Shown here: piece by piece, positions 41,346 to 55,456 of the stretch
How the letters are laid out: each line of letters opens with the position of its first letter
Numbering within the stretch: position 1 is the first letter of the stretch
Assembly (NCBI GenBank): GCA_043228905.1
Contig: JBHGNT010000003.1
Span: forward strand, 13,144,001-13,208,000
DNA: 64,000 nucleotides
Reading direction: 5' to 3'
Source of the DNA: Azolla caroliniana
Lineage: Eukaryota > Plantae > Polypodiophyta
Made by a program: the position numbers and the translations under genes
Notes under the pieces: generated by a model
Told to the model about the DNA's origin: nothing
What the model saw: only the letters and a program-made list of their open reading frames with translations
Databases searched by the model: none

Positions 41346-42132
41346 ACACAAACAAATAAGAAAAAATGATTGTAACATATAAGATATGTAGGTGAAACCA
41401 AACATTATTTTATTGCAATATAATATATTGTTTTATAAAATAGGAATCAATTTTACAACAGGTTTGATATGAATATGAGAGATCATTTATAAAGTAAGGG
41501 GGAAGAGAGGTGGAGGAAAGAAGAGAGTGGAATATAGAAGAAGGTGGTTCTTTGTTGATGATGCCTCTCAATGTTGTTGATCCTTCTTCTTTTGTCTTCC
41601 AATTGAGTCGAGCTTCCGTGTTCCTTTTCCCTCCCCCCTGCTTCACTAGAATAGTGTTAAGAGTCTATTACTAATCAATAGACCAAATCAAGTAAAAAGG
41701 AAGAAAATAGATTGGATAGAAGAACCCGTTCCACCCGACCACCCCCGAGCTATGATCTAGACATAGCCAACCTACCACCGACGTCCCATACCGCCGGATA
41801 TTAGGATGACTAATACCTTGGAAGAGATAAACACGATCGTCGAGACGAAAGCCTAGCCCGCACCACCGGTGTCTACGACAGCAGCCTTCCGACGTGATCC
41901 CTATGAGGGTAGCTAAGCCTCATATTTATACCTTTCCCTAGGCCCCTTGAATAGATGTGCCTTTCTAAAAGGCTCTCTATTCATTGGTTGTCTAAATCAT
42001 GATAGTGCATGCACATATCATTCATTCTATCCAATCATTAGTCCCCTTTTTAATAATAGTGAACATACCCTTCACTAATGTAAATATTAGTGACCTACCC
42101 TCACCAACGTTATGTGTACATAACATACTCCC

Positions 42133-45100
42133 CTACTTCAAAAGATTGCACTCTTGCAATATAAAGTGAGGAAATTGTGCCTTAAGCGAATGCTCGCGTT
42201 CCCATGTGGCATCATCAATAGGTTTATCCATCCATTTGATCTTGAATAGCCGAATCTCTTTAGAACGTAAACGTTTAGTACGAGAATCAAGAATTCGTTC
42301 AGGAACATGAGGTTTGTAAGAAAAATCCTCTAATGTTACAAGATCTTGGATTGTGATGGTGTTATCACCAGAGCCTAAAAATGGTTTTAGACGACTGACG
42401 TGAAAAACAGGATGAATACCAACGTTACGAGGTAAGGCAAGGTGATAAGCAGATGACCCAACTCGCTTAAGGATTTCAAATGGGCCACAATATCGTGGGG
42501 CTAACTTAGCGCACTTGCCCGTAGATAATGACGTAGAATCAGTCGGGACACGCAAAAAAACTTTTTGACCAATAGTAAATGCACGAGGACGTTTATCCTG
42601 ATCAGCATAAAATCGAGCACGATCTTGAGCTGTCTTGACATTTTCTTTGGCAATATGCAACATTTGGTTCATGTCTTGCAAAAAATTGCGTGTACTGTCT
42701 AATGTATCACGATGAATCGTGACATCAACTGGGGCACGTGGCTGAAAACCATACATCAACATAAAAGGACTATATCCAGTGGATGTATGTTTAGAGCTAT
42801 TATAGGCAAATTCTAAGATAGGAAGGTATTGCTCCCACTTAGAAGGGGTTTTTGCTACATAAGCTCGAAGCATGTCCTCAATAATTTGATTAACTCGTTC
42901 AGTTTGTCCATCAGACTGAGGATGATCTGCGGAACTCATGCTCAACGTAGTTTCTAGTTTCTTAAAGACCTGAGTCCAAAAGTCACTAGTAAACTTGGAA
43001 TCTCGATCACTAACAATATCCATCGGTAATCCATAAAAACGAAATAACTCATCAACAAATTGATAAGCCAACTGTTGAGCGGTTACCGTGGTTTTTGTAG
43101 GAATAAATCTAGCTAATTTTGTTAGCCTGTCAACGACAACCCATATGGCATCATGACCCCTCTGTGTACGAGGTAAACTAACAATAAAATCCATCGAGAT
43201 ACTTTCCCATTTATTGTTGGGAATATCTAAGGGATGTAAAAGACCAGCAGCTTTAAGTCGTTCCGACTTATTAATCTGACATTGTAAGCATTGAGTTACG
43301 TATTTATGCACGTCAGAGCGCATCTTAGGCCAGAAAAAAGTACATGAGATGAGAACGAGTGTGCGTTGTATTCCAGGATGACCAGCAGATGGTGCATCAT
43401 GACATTCATGAAAAATTTTCTGTTTAACATTTGGTAAATCTGGAACACAGACCTTTCCACTACGGTAGAGCAAACCGTTTGTAATGTGAAAGGTCGCCTT
43501 CGAGGGTAGGGTGCTAGTATCGGCATCTAAACCAGATTCGGCTTTCGTCCAGTATTTTGAGAAATAACTGTCATCAAGGTATTTCCCTCGAAGGTGATCT
43601 AAAAGATCAGATTTTATTTCCGTGAAGCTAAGCATGTTAACTTCTTTAATGGGACTAAGAGCATCAGCAACGGTGTTCATAGAACCCTTGCGATATCGTA
43701 TGGAAAAATCAAAATCTTGCATAAGGTCAGCCCAACGGCCTTTACGACCAACAAGATCGGGCTGGTCACAAAAATACTTTAATGATTGATGGTCTGTTGT
43801 AACCACAAATTTATTTCCATAGAGATAGTGCCTCCATGTTTTAAGTGCGTGTACCACCGCAAACAACTCTTTCTCTTGAACCGAATACCGAGATTGAGCA
43901 GCATCAAGCTTCTTACTTTCAAAAGCGATAGGGTGACCACCTTGATAAAGAACGACACCAATAGCATAATCACTAGCATCGGTTTCAATTGAGAAAGGCT
44001 TAGAAGGGTCTGGTAATAGAAGAGTGGGAGCCTGACACACATGCTCCTTGAGTGTCTCAAATGATTTGTCAAGTTGTTCATTCCATGAAATTGGTTTGAC
44101 AGACTTACGTGGATGACCTTTTAAAAGGTCAGTTAATGGCGTAGTCAATTTGGAATAGTTACGAATTGATTTTCGTAAAAATCCAACAAACCCTAAGAAT
44201 GATCTAAGTTCACGAATATTACGAGGAATGGGCCAAAGTTTAACCTTTTCAATACGAGAAGGTTCAATTTCAACGCCATTTTCTGTAATTAAATGACCTA
44301 GGTACACAATAGATTTTTGGAAGAAGTCACATTTTGAATGTTTTGCATAGAAAGAGTTGTCACGCAACTTTCGCAAAACAAATCGAACATGTTGAACATG
44401 ATCTTGCAAGGTACGGCTATATATCAAAATATCATCCAAGAAGACGACAACAAAATCACCGAGTTGATCTCGGAAAACATCATTCATCGCTTGTTGGAAT
44501 GTGGCTGGAGCATTAGTCAACCCAAACGGCATGACTAAAAACTCATAATGGCCATAGCGCGTACGAAAAGCGGTTTTAGGAATATCATCCTCGGCGATGC
44601 GAATCTGATGATAACCAGTTCGTAAGTCAATTTTCGTAAAATATCGAGCCCCGTGCAAACGATCAATCAATCATCGGCACGAGGTAATGGATATGCATTC
44701 TTAATTGTCATTTTATTCAAACGGCGATAATTGATACACATTCGCCATGAACCTTCCTTCTTCTTGACTAATAGAACTGGCGCACCCCAAGGTGATTTAC
44801 TATACCTAATGTGGCCCATACTCAAGTATTCCTTAAGTTGTTTAGCGATCTCATCCTCTTCTAATCGACTAAGTCGGTAAGGTGGAATGCTCACAGGAGC
44901 AGCCCCAGGGATGAGTTCAATTTGATGGTCCACATTACGTTTAGGTGGTAAAGTAAGCGGTAATTCAGTAGGAAACACATCTTGAAAATCCTCTAAAATA
45001 GAATCGAGTAATCGTTGCTCAAAATGTGGTAATTGTGTGGCGTCAATATTAAAATAATAAAATTGAACCGCAGGATCAATTACACACGAATAAATTAATG

Positions 45101-46535
45101 AACTAGAATACTCACTTAAAGATTTAGAAGACACAAGTGAATGAGAAGGAAGTTTGGAACATTGAATAAAATGTTTACAATTATTAAGTTCAAATGTGAT
45201 TGAGTGATTAACCCAATCAATGGACAAAGAAGGGTTTTTATTAAAAAACCAAGGATATCCTAAAATGACATCTGCGGATTGTAATTTCATAACATGAAAG
45301 TCAAGCTTCTCCAAATAAGTATCTATTTGAATTGGCAGTTGACAAACAATGCCACTGATGTATTGAACGTTTCCATTTGCCATGTGAACTTGATAGATAT
45401 GATCACTTGCGTTTATGTGGAGCTCCATTTGCTGCACAAAGTGATCATTAAGAAAATTGTGAGAACTACCGGAATCAAACAAGAAATGTGCTTGTGTTCC
45501 ATTGATATATCCGACTGCTCGGAGTAAATCATTAGGTCCAAGTAAATGTGAAGGAAAAGTGCATTCACATAAACTTAAGTGATTGGTATGAACTTCAACA
45601 ATATCAAAAGACTCACCTGTGTGACTCGTAGATTTGTCTTGAGGAGGGGTGTTCATTGACTTCCTCTCAAGACGACGACAGGTATCCTTTGTGTGGCCCC
45701 GCTTCTTGCAATATGCACAGAAGAGGTTCGGTTTCTTTGAGTCGCGGTCAAGAGTGTCATTGGATTGCTTACGTTTCCCAATGAACTTGACATTCGGAGT
45801 TTTGGCGAACTCAGGTTTATTGTGGTCTCTCTTGGAAGTCCTATGGTATCGCAGCACAATGTTGACGGCTTCCTCGAAAGTTGTGGGGTCCTTGTCATGG
45901 ACAATCCAATGATAATCCCCATTGGGAATACCATTCAAAAAACAAGCGACAAACCATTTCTCACCCGTAAGTCCCGATTTTTGGATCTGGGTCCGAGCGT
46001 GATGCACATAATCCTCGAGAGAGGTAAATGGCTTACTAGACAATGTGAGCAAGTGTTGCGCTTGTTCGCTTTGAGAAGGTGGCTGCAAGAATTGTTTCTT
46101 AAAAACATCAACGAAACCTTCCCAAGTTGTGGGTAAGTTTTTTGCGGTCCTTAGGCCACGCCACCAAGCAGCAGCTCGGCCACCTAACTCACGACCGACA
46201 TAACCAATTTTTACTGCATCTGGCTTGGGATGAAGCTCAAAGTGAGACTCCCAACGACCAAGCCAAGTGCTAATGGCCTCCTCGGTTCTTTCTTTCTTAT
46301 CTCCCTTGAAAGGCGTGACTACGAAGGAAGGTTCACCTTCTTTCTTGGACTCAATAGTTAATTCTTGGAATTTCTTTTCCAATGCCATATTGGCCTGTCT
46401 CATTTCGGCCAATTGATTCAAGGTAGTAGTGAGCAATTGCTCAATAGTGATCTCAGCTTGTGTGCGAGATGCGGATTGGGCTTGAGAGGTCTCATTTGGA
46501 GAGATCGTTCCAACTGCGTTCAAAACTTGTTCCAT
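42133..46535 (-). pseudogene. gag-pol: gag-pol-chromodomain of H, intact except for an apparent 1-bp deletion near 44668 inside RT
   Basis: ORFs 44667-46535 and 42133-44670 join as ...[11 protein letters not shown]...; all domain motifs as in G, including the chromodomain. Confidence 0.9.
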
Positions 46536-46636
46536 GATGCACGTTGTGGGTATGCAATAAAATAAGGAGGTTCAGAAAATACACAAGCAAAATGAATGCT
46601 TGAAATTTTGATTGAAAGAACTTTATCCAAGAAAGT

Positions 46637-46799
46637 ATCTCATGTCTTTACCCCTCTAGACATATGAGATGTGATTCGAGATCCGATAACTATGGTAACA
46701 CTATGGTGTTTTAAAAACCATGGGGGAAAACATAGCTAAGATGTATTTCTCGGATCTCTATCTTGAGTAATCATGGCGGCTCCCCGAGGCTCAACCATG
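46637..46799 (-). other. Conserved structured RNA element in the 5' leader of H
   Basis: Homolog of 28865-29024 at the same ~100-nt distance from the gag ATG. Confidence 0.7.
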
Positions 46800-47524
46800 G
46801 TTCTTACATCAATGAAATTTCCTAGATAGCCTTATATTAATGCCAACCCATCATGTATTATATGGTCGAGAAAGTGTATTACGTGAAAAAACAAGTGCAC
46901 TCACAAGTAATATTCTAGTCTTGCGAGCAATAAGCAAACGTGATGATAAAATGATAAAATAAGGCACTACTCATAAGAGTTAAGTAGTGACGAAAACAAG
47001 GGTAAAAAAAAAAGAAAGAACCCATGTGTTACCTACGAAAAAAACAATGTCACAAATAAATGGGAAGTGCAAGGTATGCACATATACATCCCAATATGAT
47101 TGTTATAACTTGCACAATTGTGACATAAGCCACAAATTGATACAAGTGATGACGGTGTTGTGCGCAAAGATGTAATACTCAAATCCATGAGTAAAACATC
47201 AATAAGGGAACTCATATGGTTTTACTCGTTTTCTAAGGCTTGATGATAAGAGTTAAACCTAGATGACCCGTTGAAAAAAAAATCGTTCAACAAGCCACTC
47301 CATACGAAAAAAATAGTCTACACGTAAAGGTTACATTAAAAATAAACGATGTAAATACTTTATACATGAAAAGGAAGTGGAAAAAGGAGAGTTAATTGTG
47401 GGCGGGTAAATAATAATTACTAGAAAATCATATAAGTGAAACAATACTTATGAAATTAAAATTTAATTAGAATAATCAACAATTAGGTGTATGGAATCAA
47501 ACATGCCCTAAGATACGAAACCCT

Positions 47525-47860
47525 AGGGTAGTTGACATGCACCTCCTCAAGACCACCACATATCCTTAGAATCGGCCAAGTAATGGCTAATTAAAGAGGA
47601 AAGTGGCATAGGTAAGTGACATATACCTCGTCAAGGCCACATCATCCCTTAGAATCGGCCAATTGATGGCTAATTAAAAAGGAAAGTGGCATATGTAAGC
47701 TACATATACCTTGTCAAGGCCACAACATCCCATAGAATCGGCCAATCGATGGCTTAATAGAGAGTAGAGTGGCATAGGTAGGCAACATACACCTCGTCAA
47801 GGCCACATCATCCCTTAGAATCGGCCAAGTGATGGCTCAATAGAGGGGAAGAGTGGTATA
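47525..47860 (-). repeat. ~4 x 79-bp tandem subrepeat in the H leader
   Basis: Recurring TAGAATCGGCCAA...GTGGCATA..ACCTCGTCAAGGCCAC units. Confidence 0.8.
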
Positions 47861-49262
47861 CTCAACATCATATGCAAAACGGCCATGAGATAAGCGTGTG
47901 CGATTAGAGCAAACACGCTCGACCCAATGCACAAGAATAATTATTATCGTAAGAGTTCAAGAGAGGAGAGAGTGGGATATATATCGCAATATGCAAAAGG
48001 CCATGAGTTGAGCGTGTGCGATTAGTGCAAACACGCTCGGCCCGATGCATAATAATAAGTAAAATCGTAGCGTAGTAGGAGGTAGAAAGAAAGAGAATAA
48101 AACGTAATACCAATTTGATTCGACCATAAAGAACGCATAATAGAAAAAGAGAAGAGATCAAAAAAGAAGAATACCGGGTTTAGAGTGTTGTTTTGATCCT
48201 AAGAAGAGCATGACGAGCCTTGTTAGATCCCCCTCGCTCACACGCAAAAAACATCAAAACAACAAAAAAATTGTTAGTAAAAGCTCTGATACCACTGTTA
48301 AGAGTCTATTACTAATCAATAGACCAAATCAAGTAAAAAGGAAGAAAATAGATTGGATAGAAGAACCCGTTCCACCCGACCACCCCCGAGCTATGATCTA
48401 GACATAGCCAACCTACCACCGACGTCCCATACCGCCGGATATTAGGATGACTAATACCTTGGAAGAGATAAACACGATCGTCGAGACGAAAGCCTAGCCC
48501 GCACCACCGGTGTCTACGACAGCAGCCTTCCGACGTGATCCCTATGAGGGTAGCTAAGCCTCATATTTATACCTTTCCCTAGGCCCCTTGAATAGATGTG
48601 CCTTTCTAAAAGGCTCTCTATTCATTGGTTGTCTAAATCATGATAGTGCATGCACATATCATTCATTCTATCCAATCATTAGTCCCCTTTTTAATAATAG
48701 TGAACATATCCTTCACTAATGTAAATATTAGTGACCTACCCTCACCAACGTTATGTGTACATAACAAATAGGCTCTTATTTATAGGTATAGGATTGCTTG
48801 CCTTTTTCCCCTAAAAAAAAGCTTGTCTATATGAGTCGACTTTTCTTTTCCTCACTATTTCTGTTTTCTAGCCCCAAATTTCACATGCAAGAAACTCATG
48901 GAAAGCTCTTTGGGTTAACTTTCTTATGAATCTTTTCTTTTCTAATTTGGACATTTAACGAGGATATTATGAGCTTTTTTCTATACTGTGCTCCTCATAA
49001 CCACGCGTGCTCTTTCTTTTTTTTCCCCCATCTTTTTCTCTACTTTTGTCTACTTTTGAAAACTTCCTTTAACTTAATAATTCATCATTATTTATAGTAA
49101 GGTTCAATCCTTTGACCTTCCATTTATAAGGAACTATCTTTGGCAAATGAAAAAGTATTTTTTCTAACAATAACGTTGACTTCACAATACTAGTTTATTT
49201 GAACGACTATTTTACTTCTTTTCGAGGGTAGTTTCACACTATGTGTTAGAAACATCACGACA

Positions 49263-50426
49263 ACGACATCGAAATTAGACTCTTCATTTTCCATTCGGCA
49301 AGGTCGACATGGACCGGTTAGTATTTTACTTTATGTTGATAATTTAGTCATCGCCCACGCGGACAAAGATGAAATTGGCGGCGTCATTTGACATGAAGGA
49401 CCTAGGGGACCTTCATTACTTCCTAGGGATCGAAGTGGTCCACACCCTCGAAGGCATACTGATAAGAAAAAGGACATTACGTGCTGAGTATGCTCTTCAA
49501 ATTCGGAATGGCAAACTAGAAGTCCATCTCAACTCCTCTGGACAAAAACGTCAAGCTTTGCCGAGATTCGGGAAAGGCGTGCGACCCGACACGGTTTCGA
49601 CAAATTGTCGATAACCTAATTTATTTAACAATCACTCGGTTGGATCCTAGTTATTCAGTCGGCCTGATCAGTCAATTTAGGTCGCAACCCATAGTCAAAC
49701 ACCTTCAATGCGCGTACAAGATATTGCGCTATGTCCGTGGCACTCCTATATCAGACCGGTATTGCTGAACAACTCGTCGGCTACTCGGATTCCGATTGGG
49801 CCAGAAACGCAAAAAATCGTAGAGCCACATCTGGGTTCTCTTTCTCGCTTGGGAGCGCCACGATCGCCTAGAGCAGCAAGAAGCAGCCGACAGTTGCACT
49901 ATCGAGCATGGAGGCTGAGTATCGAGGCGCGGCTGTCGCGACATGCGAAGCCATTTGGCTCAAGACGCTACTCAAGGATTTGCAAGTGGAAGTGTCCGCT
50001 CTGATGATGATCGATTGAGAAAACCTCAGCAACATCCAACTTGAGAAAAACCCCGTCTTCTATGCCCGAACCAGGCACATTGAGGTGCACTACCATTTTT
50101 TCTACGAGCGTGTCCTCTTCGATGAAATCCAATTAGTATATGTTTCGATGGATCGGCAGAGTACCGACATCTTCACCGAAGCCCCTTGGTCTCGACAAGT
50201 TGCGGCATTTCTCGGGTGCGCTTGGTTTGTGTCACCTCAACGTACCGAACTTGAGGGGGAGAAAAGACCAAGAAAGGGAGCAAGAAAGGAGCAAAAATGA
50301 CCGCGAAGTAGAGTCGGATGAAGAATTCGATTTCAGGTCAGCTGAAGAAGCCGAAGGCGAAAACAAGGGCAACAATCGAAGGGAAGATCCGGAGTCATCC
50401 AAACAAGGGGGGGATGAAGACAAGGT
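49263..50426 (+). pseudogene. pol: Element L: old Ty1/copia RT-RNaseH remnant
   Basis: LLYVD, FDMKDLGDLHYFLGIEV, SKKQPTVALSSMEAEY, HIEVHYHF and DIFT motifs spread across shifted frames. Confidence 0.85.
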
Positions 50427-50980
50427 TGTTATCCCTTAGGCTAGACAAGTCCTAACACAGGGTGTCCCTATGGAACACTTCACCAAAGGGTGGTACGGGG
50501 AGATATGGATAGACCGTGGTATCGAATGGGTCTTAACCGATTACTAACTGGCACTGTTAATTATCGCAGCACACGCGTAAGATTAATTATATTAAGCACA
50601 AGACGGTAACCAGATAGACACTAAACATACGTAAACAACAACACTTCTATTAATTATCCGTCGTTGATTACATTCTTGCTGGGTCCTTTTATAGGTCTCC
50701 GACTGAGTTACAAACTGGTAACCGGCAACCGGCAACGACCTGGTTCGGATCTGAATCGACATACCGATTCTGGGTCCGTCTGTCCACTTCTCAAAATCAC
50801 ATAATACTCCGCTTCTCAAAATAACATAATTGAATCCTTATTAATTTCAACTCCCTATTCCTAATTAAACAGCCCTTTCTCATTCTGGACTCTAACCGGC
50901 CCTTTGGCCTTGCCGGCCAACACATGCCATGCCCGTGGGACAATACATTGTACATTGAACCCACAGTTAGCCCTTTTATC

Positions 50981-53670
50981 AATCATCTGTCAAAATGTCC
51001 AAAATGCTTTGGTCCAAGGGTTCTAGAGGTTCTTCAAGTAGTTGCTCTGTTTGTTGTTGTGGCTGCTCTTGATGTTGCTCTGCGGCCTGCACCTCCTTTT
51101 TAGCTTCCATCCCTTCCGGGCTTGCATCTCCGGCTCATTTGTTCTAGGTCCTCCTGCTCCTAATGTCCGGCTTGCACTGGCTCTTTCGGGTCAGCTACCT
51201 TCGGCTGCTCCTCTTGAGCTACTTTTGTCTGTCTTTCTTCGGTTTCGGCTGCATTCGGCGTGTGCTTTGGAGATTTCACTTCGTCACTAATGTTAATTGC
51301 CGTCATTCCTCTAGGCTCCATTTGTTGTCTCCACTCCCGTTCATATCACTCGAATTGGAGTTGGGTATCCAATTGGTCGTCATCCAGCTGTTCCACCAAT
51401 CGGCCCACCGTCACTAGTTGCTCTCCGGCCAAGGACAAGAAGTCATCCGATAACTCCTCCCGGATGGTCACAACGCTTTCCGCGTCCAGTTTGTAGAAGT
51501 TATTGCCATCCTTTTGTCGGTTCTCCGCATCCGCTCGCAAGACCTACAACTCGGCTACCTGCTTTGCCCATTTGGAACACCACTGTACTGAACTTTCTTC
51601 AACTAACTTCTTTGTCCTATCCCTCCATGTCATTACAATATCTCGAATATGGTCAAGTCCCATCTTTGACTTCTCCTCTACAACCCACTTTCCATCCTTT
51701 AATTGTTTTAGGAGGATCGCAGTTGCCTCATCTTGTCCCTGATATTGCATCAGTTGCGTCTGATAAGTCGTTTGAACTCTGTTCAAAGCCATCTTTGCTC
51801 GTTCCATCTCCTCATGATGCTGCCAAGTAAGCTCCAATTTGTCCTTCGCCGCTTCTGCAAGCATCTTTGCCGCTTCAAATCCCTTGGTCCTTTCATCTAC
51901 CAATGCCGCTGCCATTCTGTTGACTTCATGCTCGAGTTCGCGCATCTTTTCTGCTACCGGTCACCTTCTGTCATCAATTTCTTGTGTTCCACCTTCTGTC
52001 AAAATCCTCCGATTTCTGTTTCAGCCTCTGATTGATTTGGCGTCAGGCCCGGTCCTCACAATCCTTCTATTGCAGGAGTTCTTTAGGAGCCGCTCGATCT
52101 CGACTTCCGCGGATCGCCGGAGTTTGTCCCATTCTTGCAACAACTTGTCTTTTTCTTCCTTCAATCGGTCATATGCTTGATGACCTCTCCGTAGATTGTC
52201 CTCGGCTTTTCGGAGGTTCTCTGTCGTTTTTCGTTGCTCTTCCTCTGCCGCCTTATTCAGGTCTCGTTCTCTAGCCCTTAAGGCCTCTTGGGCTGCTAAA
52301 TCCTCTTTGAGAGTGGCGAGTTCTTGTTCTTGTGCCATATTTGCACCCGATGCTATTTCAGTTACCGGCATCTTATTAGTCTGTTCATTCACCGGAGCCA
52401 CCGGTTCTGGTAGTCTTGGTCTTTCTGTGACATGCTTAGCCGCCTCTGCTTTAGCGTGCACAATTTCTTCTTCCATGCTCGGGATCCTCAACCGGGCCTT
52501 CTCAAGTTCTTTGGTTATGGCGAACAACCTGTTCCCCTATGCTCTCTCCTCCATTTCTATTTGGCACACAACCCCGGCCAGTTGCTCGCCGATCCACCGT
52601 AGCCATTGATTGTCGGTGCCTTTTTGTCGTGTCGGTTCTGGTTGTGGCATGGCCTCTGTTCGCGCCGGAAGCCCTTTTTGGCTAGTTTACTGCAACAACC
52701 ACTCCTACTCTTGTTGTGCCTACTGCCCTGGTGAGGTAGGCAATTCAATTACCGGTTCTTGGACCACCAGCACTACTTCTTCTTGCCACACAGGTAACTC
52801 TTTCATCGGTTCTGGTTGAACCAATTCCACCTCCTACCTTGGCTCCGATCCCTCAGAGTGGGGTGTCGGTGCGTTGTCCTTCTCCGGACCCAATTCGTCC
52901 CCCTTCTGCTCCGCGTCGTTACGCTTCTAGCGATGTAGGAGGTTATCGGTAGGGTCTTCCTCCGCCTCCTCCTCTTGGGTTCTGACATTGATCTTCGTTG
53001 CCAAGGGGTCCGGCTCTTGTTCCTGTCGGCGTAGCTTAATTTCTAGAGGCCTTACTGGTGGCTCCACCGACGTCTCTGTCTTTGCTTGCCTCTTCCGACT
53101 AGGTGGTTCTTTCCCTTACTACGAGGTATTGCCCTCTTTCCATCCAGGCGTGTGCTTGGCCAGGAGTTGCTTCCGTTTTGAAGGTTTGTTAGGCGTGGTC
53201 TCCGTTACTTGAACCCGCTTCTTAGTCCTTACCGGCTCCACTGGTGGCTCCAAAAGAGTCAGCCACTGAGCCACGACCGTCCATAATTTCTTGCCGTTCT
53301 GCACTGATTCTATCGGCGTCCGCAAGCAATCGGCGACAATTACTGACCAATCCACTCACACCCTTGTGTATGCAGCAATGATGAAACTGGCTTTGTTCTT
53401 TGGCATTCCGGGGGTTGGGGGTACACGAACCCATACTCGTGGAGGACACGAGCCACTTCTTTGAACAGGGGGTCCTCACCGCCCTGTGTCCGGTGAGCCT
53501 TACTAGCAAGGGAATACTCGCCAAATAACTTGGTTACCATTTCAAGAGAAGGGTTCTCAATCGAGTAGATTCCCCCTTCCGGTAGTCCGGTTCGCGCACA
53601 GATGGTTTCCTCCATTATGACTTCTGTGTCGATTTTCTGCACATCGTCTTCTTCTTCGTCGTGCAGCGGT
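50981..53670 (-). pseudogene. Decayed homolog of the F extra ORF
   Basis: Fragments EDLAAQEALRARER..GHQAYDRLKEEK, LVEQLDDDQLDTQLQFE and KKLWTVVAQWLTLL are colinear with 19608-22586. Confidence 0.85.
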
Positions 53671-55456
53671 GTTTTGCAGAGTTTTACTGGTGGACTCGGC
53701 CAATCCATTGGCCTACGGGTAATAAGGGGTGCTTTGGTTGTGTACGACCGCATAAAATGTTGTTAGGCTTTCCACCACTTGGCCGAGGAAGTGTCCACCT
53801 TGGTCGCTGATTAATTCGATTGGAAATCCATACCCACACCAGATGTACTCATACAGGAACTTTGTCGTTGACGCCGCGGTATTGTCACGTAGTGCCTTGG
53901 CTTCCACCCATTTTGTACAGTAATCTGTGGCAACAATTATGTACCTGTTGCCGGTTCACATTGCCGGTGGCTTGAATGGTCCAACGAAGTCCAACACCCA
54001 ATTTAAGAATGGCTCTAGATTTAGTACCTGCTGGTGCTACATGCGCGCTTGTTCCGTTTGCTGGCCCATTCTTTAACACAGATCACATTCCTTCGTATAT
54101 CGGACCGAGTCCTTTAGTGTCGTTGCACCATATTTTCCTTGCCGTGGTATTGTCACGTAGTGCCTTGGCTTCCACCCATTTTGTACAGTAATCTGTGGCA
54201 ACAATTATGTACTTGTTGCCGGTTCACATTGCCGGTGGCTTGAATGGTCCAACGAAGTCCAGCACCCAATTTAAGAATGGCTCTAGATTTAGTACCCGCT
54301 GGTGCTGCATGCGCGCTTGTTCCATTTGCTAGCCCATTCTTTAACACAGATCACATTCCTTCGTATATCGGACCGAGTCCTTTAGTGTCGTTGCGCCATA
54401 TTTTCCTTGCCATGGCTTCACCGGCATAATTTCCTCTGGCAACCCCACAATGCGCTTCCCGTAAAATGGTGTCTTCTTCATCACTCCGAACTGCTCGCTG
54501 CATATGCCATCCGCTCCTTTATGATACAATGTATCTTGCACTAGACAAAAGTGTCGGCTTTGCACCACCAATTGTTTACATTCATCCCGGTTCATCTCCT
54601 CTGGGTTTAGTCCAGTGCTTAAGAACTGGTGCATATTCGTTAGCCATTTGTCCTCGTCCGTGACTCTCCCATCTACCGTGGTTTCCGCTATAATTTTAAA
54701 GAATGTGGCATTCAGAAATTCATCTTGAATGTCGTCACTGGTGTCTCCGAATTCTAACTGGATCAAGTAATCGGCAACCGCATGTTGTATACCTGGCTGG
54801 TGATAGATCTCAAATTCAAATTCTTGTAATAATAATGTTCACCGGGCCAGCTTGCCGGTCAGTGATGCCTTCGAGACCAAGTATAAAAGCATTGAATGGT
54901 CTACATGGAATGAAAACTTGCGGCCCAACAAATAATGTCGGTATTTGGTGACACTGTATATCATTCGTATGGCTTCTCTTTCCGTAGTGGAATAATTTCT
55001 CTCTACCTTTGACAACTTCCGACTAGCATAGTACACTGGCCGGTTCCACTTCGGTTCGGTAAGTTGAATGAGTACGTTGCCGATTGTGATATCTGATGCG
55101 TCCACGAAGACATGGAACTCCTTTGACCAATCTGGGGGTTGTACCACTGGTGCTTGTCACAGCATTACCTTGAGTGCACGGTAAGCCTTGTCCTTTTCAT
55201 CCGTCAAATTAAACGTTGTCCGGTGTACAACTGCGTGTAGTGGCGTGGCGAGGTCTGCCAAGTACCGGAGCATCGGCCAATCCATTGGCCTGCGGGTAAT
55301 ACGGGGTGCTTCACTTGTGTACGATCACATAAAATGTTGTTAGGTTTTCCACCACTTGGCCGAGGAAGTGTCCACCTTGGTCAGTTATTAATTCAATTGG
55401 ACATCCATATCGACACCAGATGTACTCGTACATGAACTTTGTTGTTGATGGCGCGG
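53671..55456 (-). pseudogene. pol: RT-end/RNaseH/integrase fragments of I, with an internal 268-bp tandem duplication
   Basis: ORF pieces 54839-55147, 54341-54766 and 53713-53907; ~53875-54142 is repeated at ~54143-54410. Confidence 0.85.

Larger units (their letters stand above)
41655..48766 (-). mobile_element. Element H: young full-length chromovirus related to G
   Basis: 471-bp LTRs at 41655-42125 and 48296-48766 (one mismatch seen); TSD AATAG; Met PBS 48283-48294; PPT at ~42128-42140. Confidence 0.95.
39704..49262 (-). mobile_element. Element K: remnant of a Trp-primed element (gag 5' part, PBS 40557-40573, ~1.57-kb 5' LTR at 40582-49262 split by H)
   Basis: TGTCGTGA at 40582 and TCACGACA ending at 49262; PBS TGGTGAACCTGATGTGA; the flanks rejoin at TSD AATAG; TATAAAT at ~48778-48784 on the minus strand. 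Confidence 0.75.

Noticed and set aside
44660-44675. Programmed frameshift in H
   Set aside because: The break lies inside the conserved RT motif, G is in one frame at this position, and there is no slippery or structural signal; a 1-bp deletion or sequencing error is more likely.
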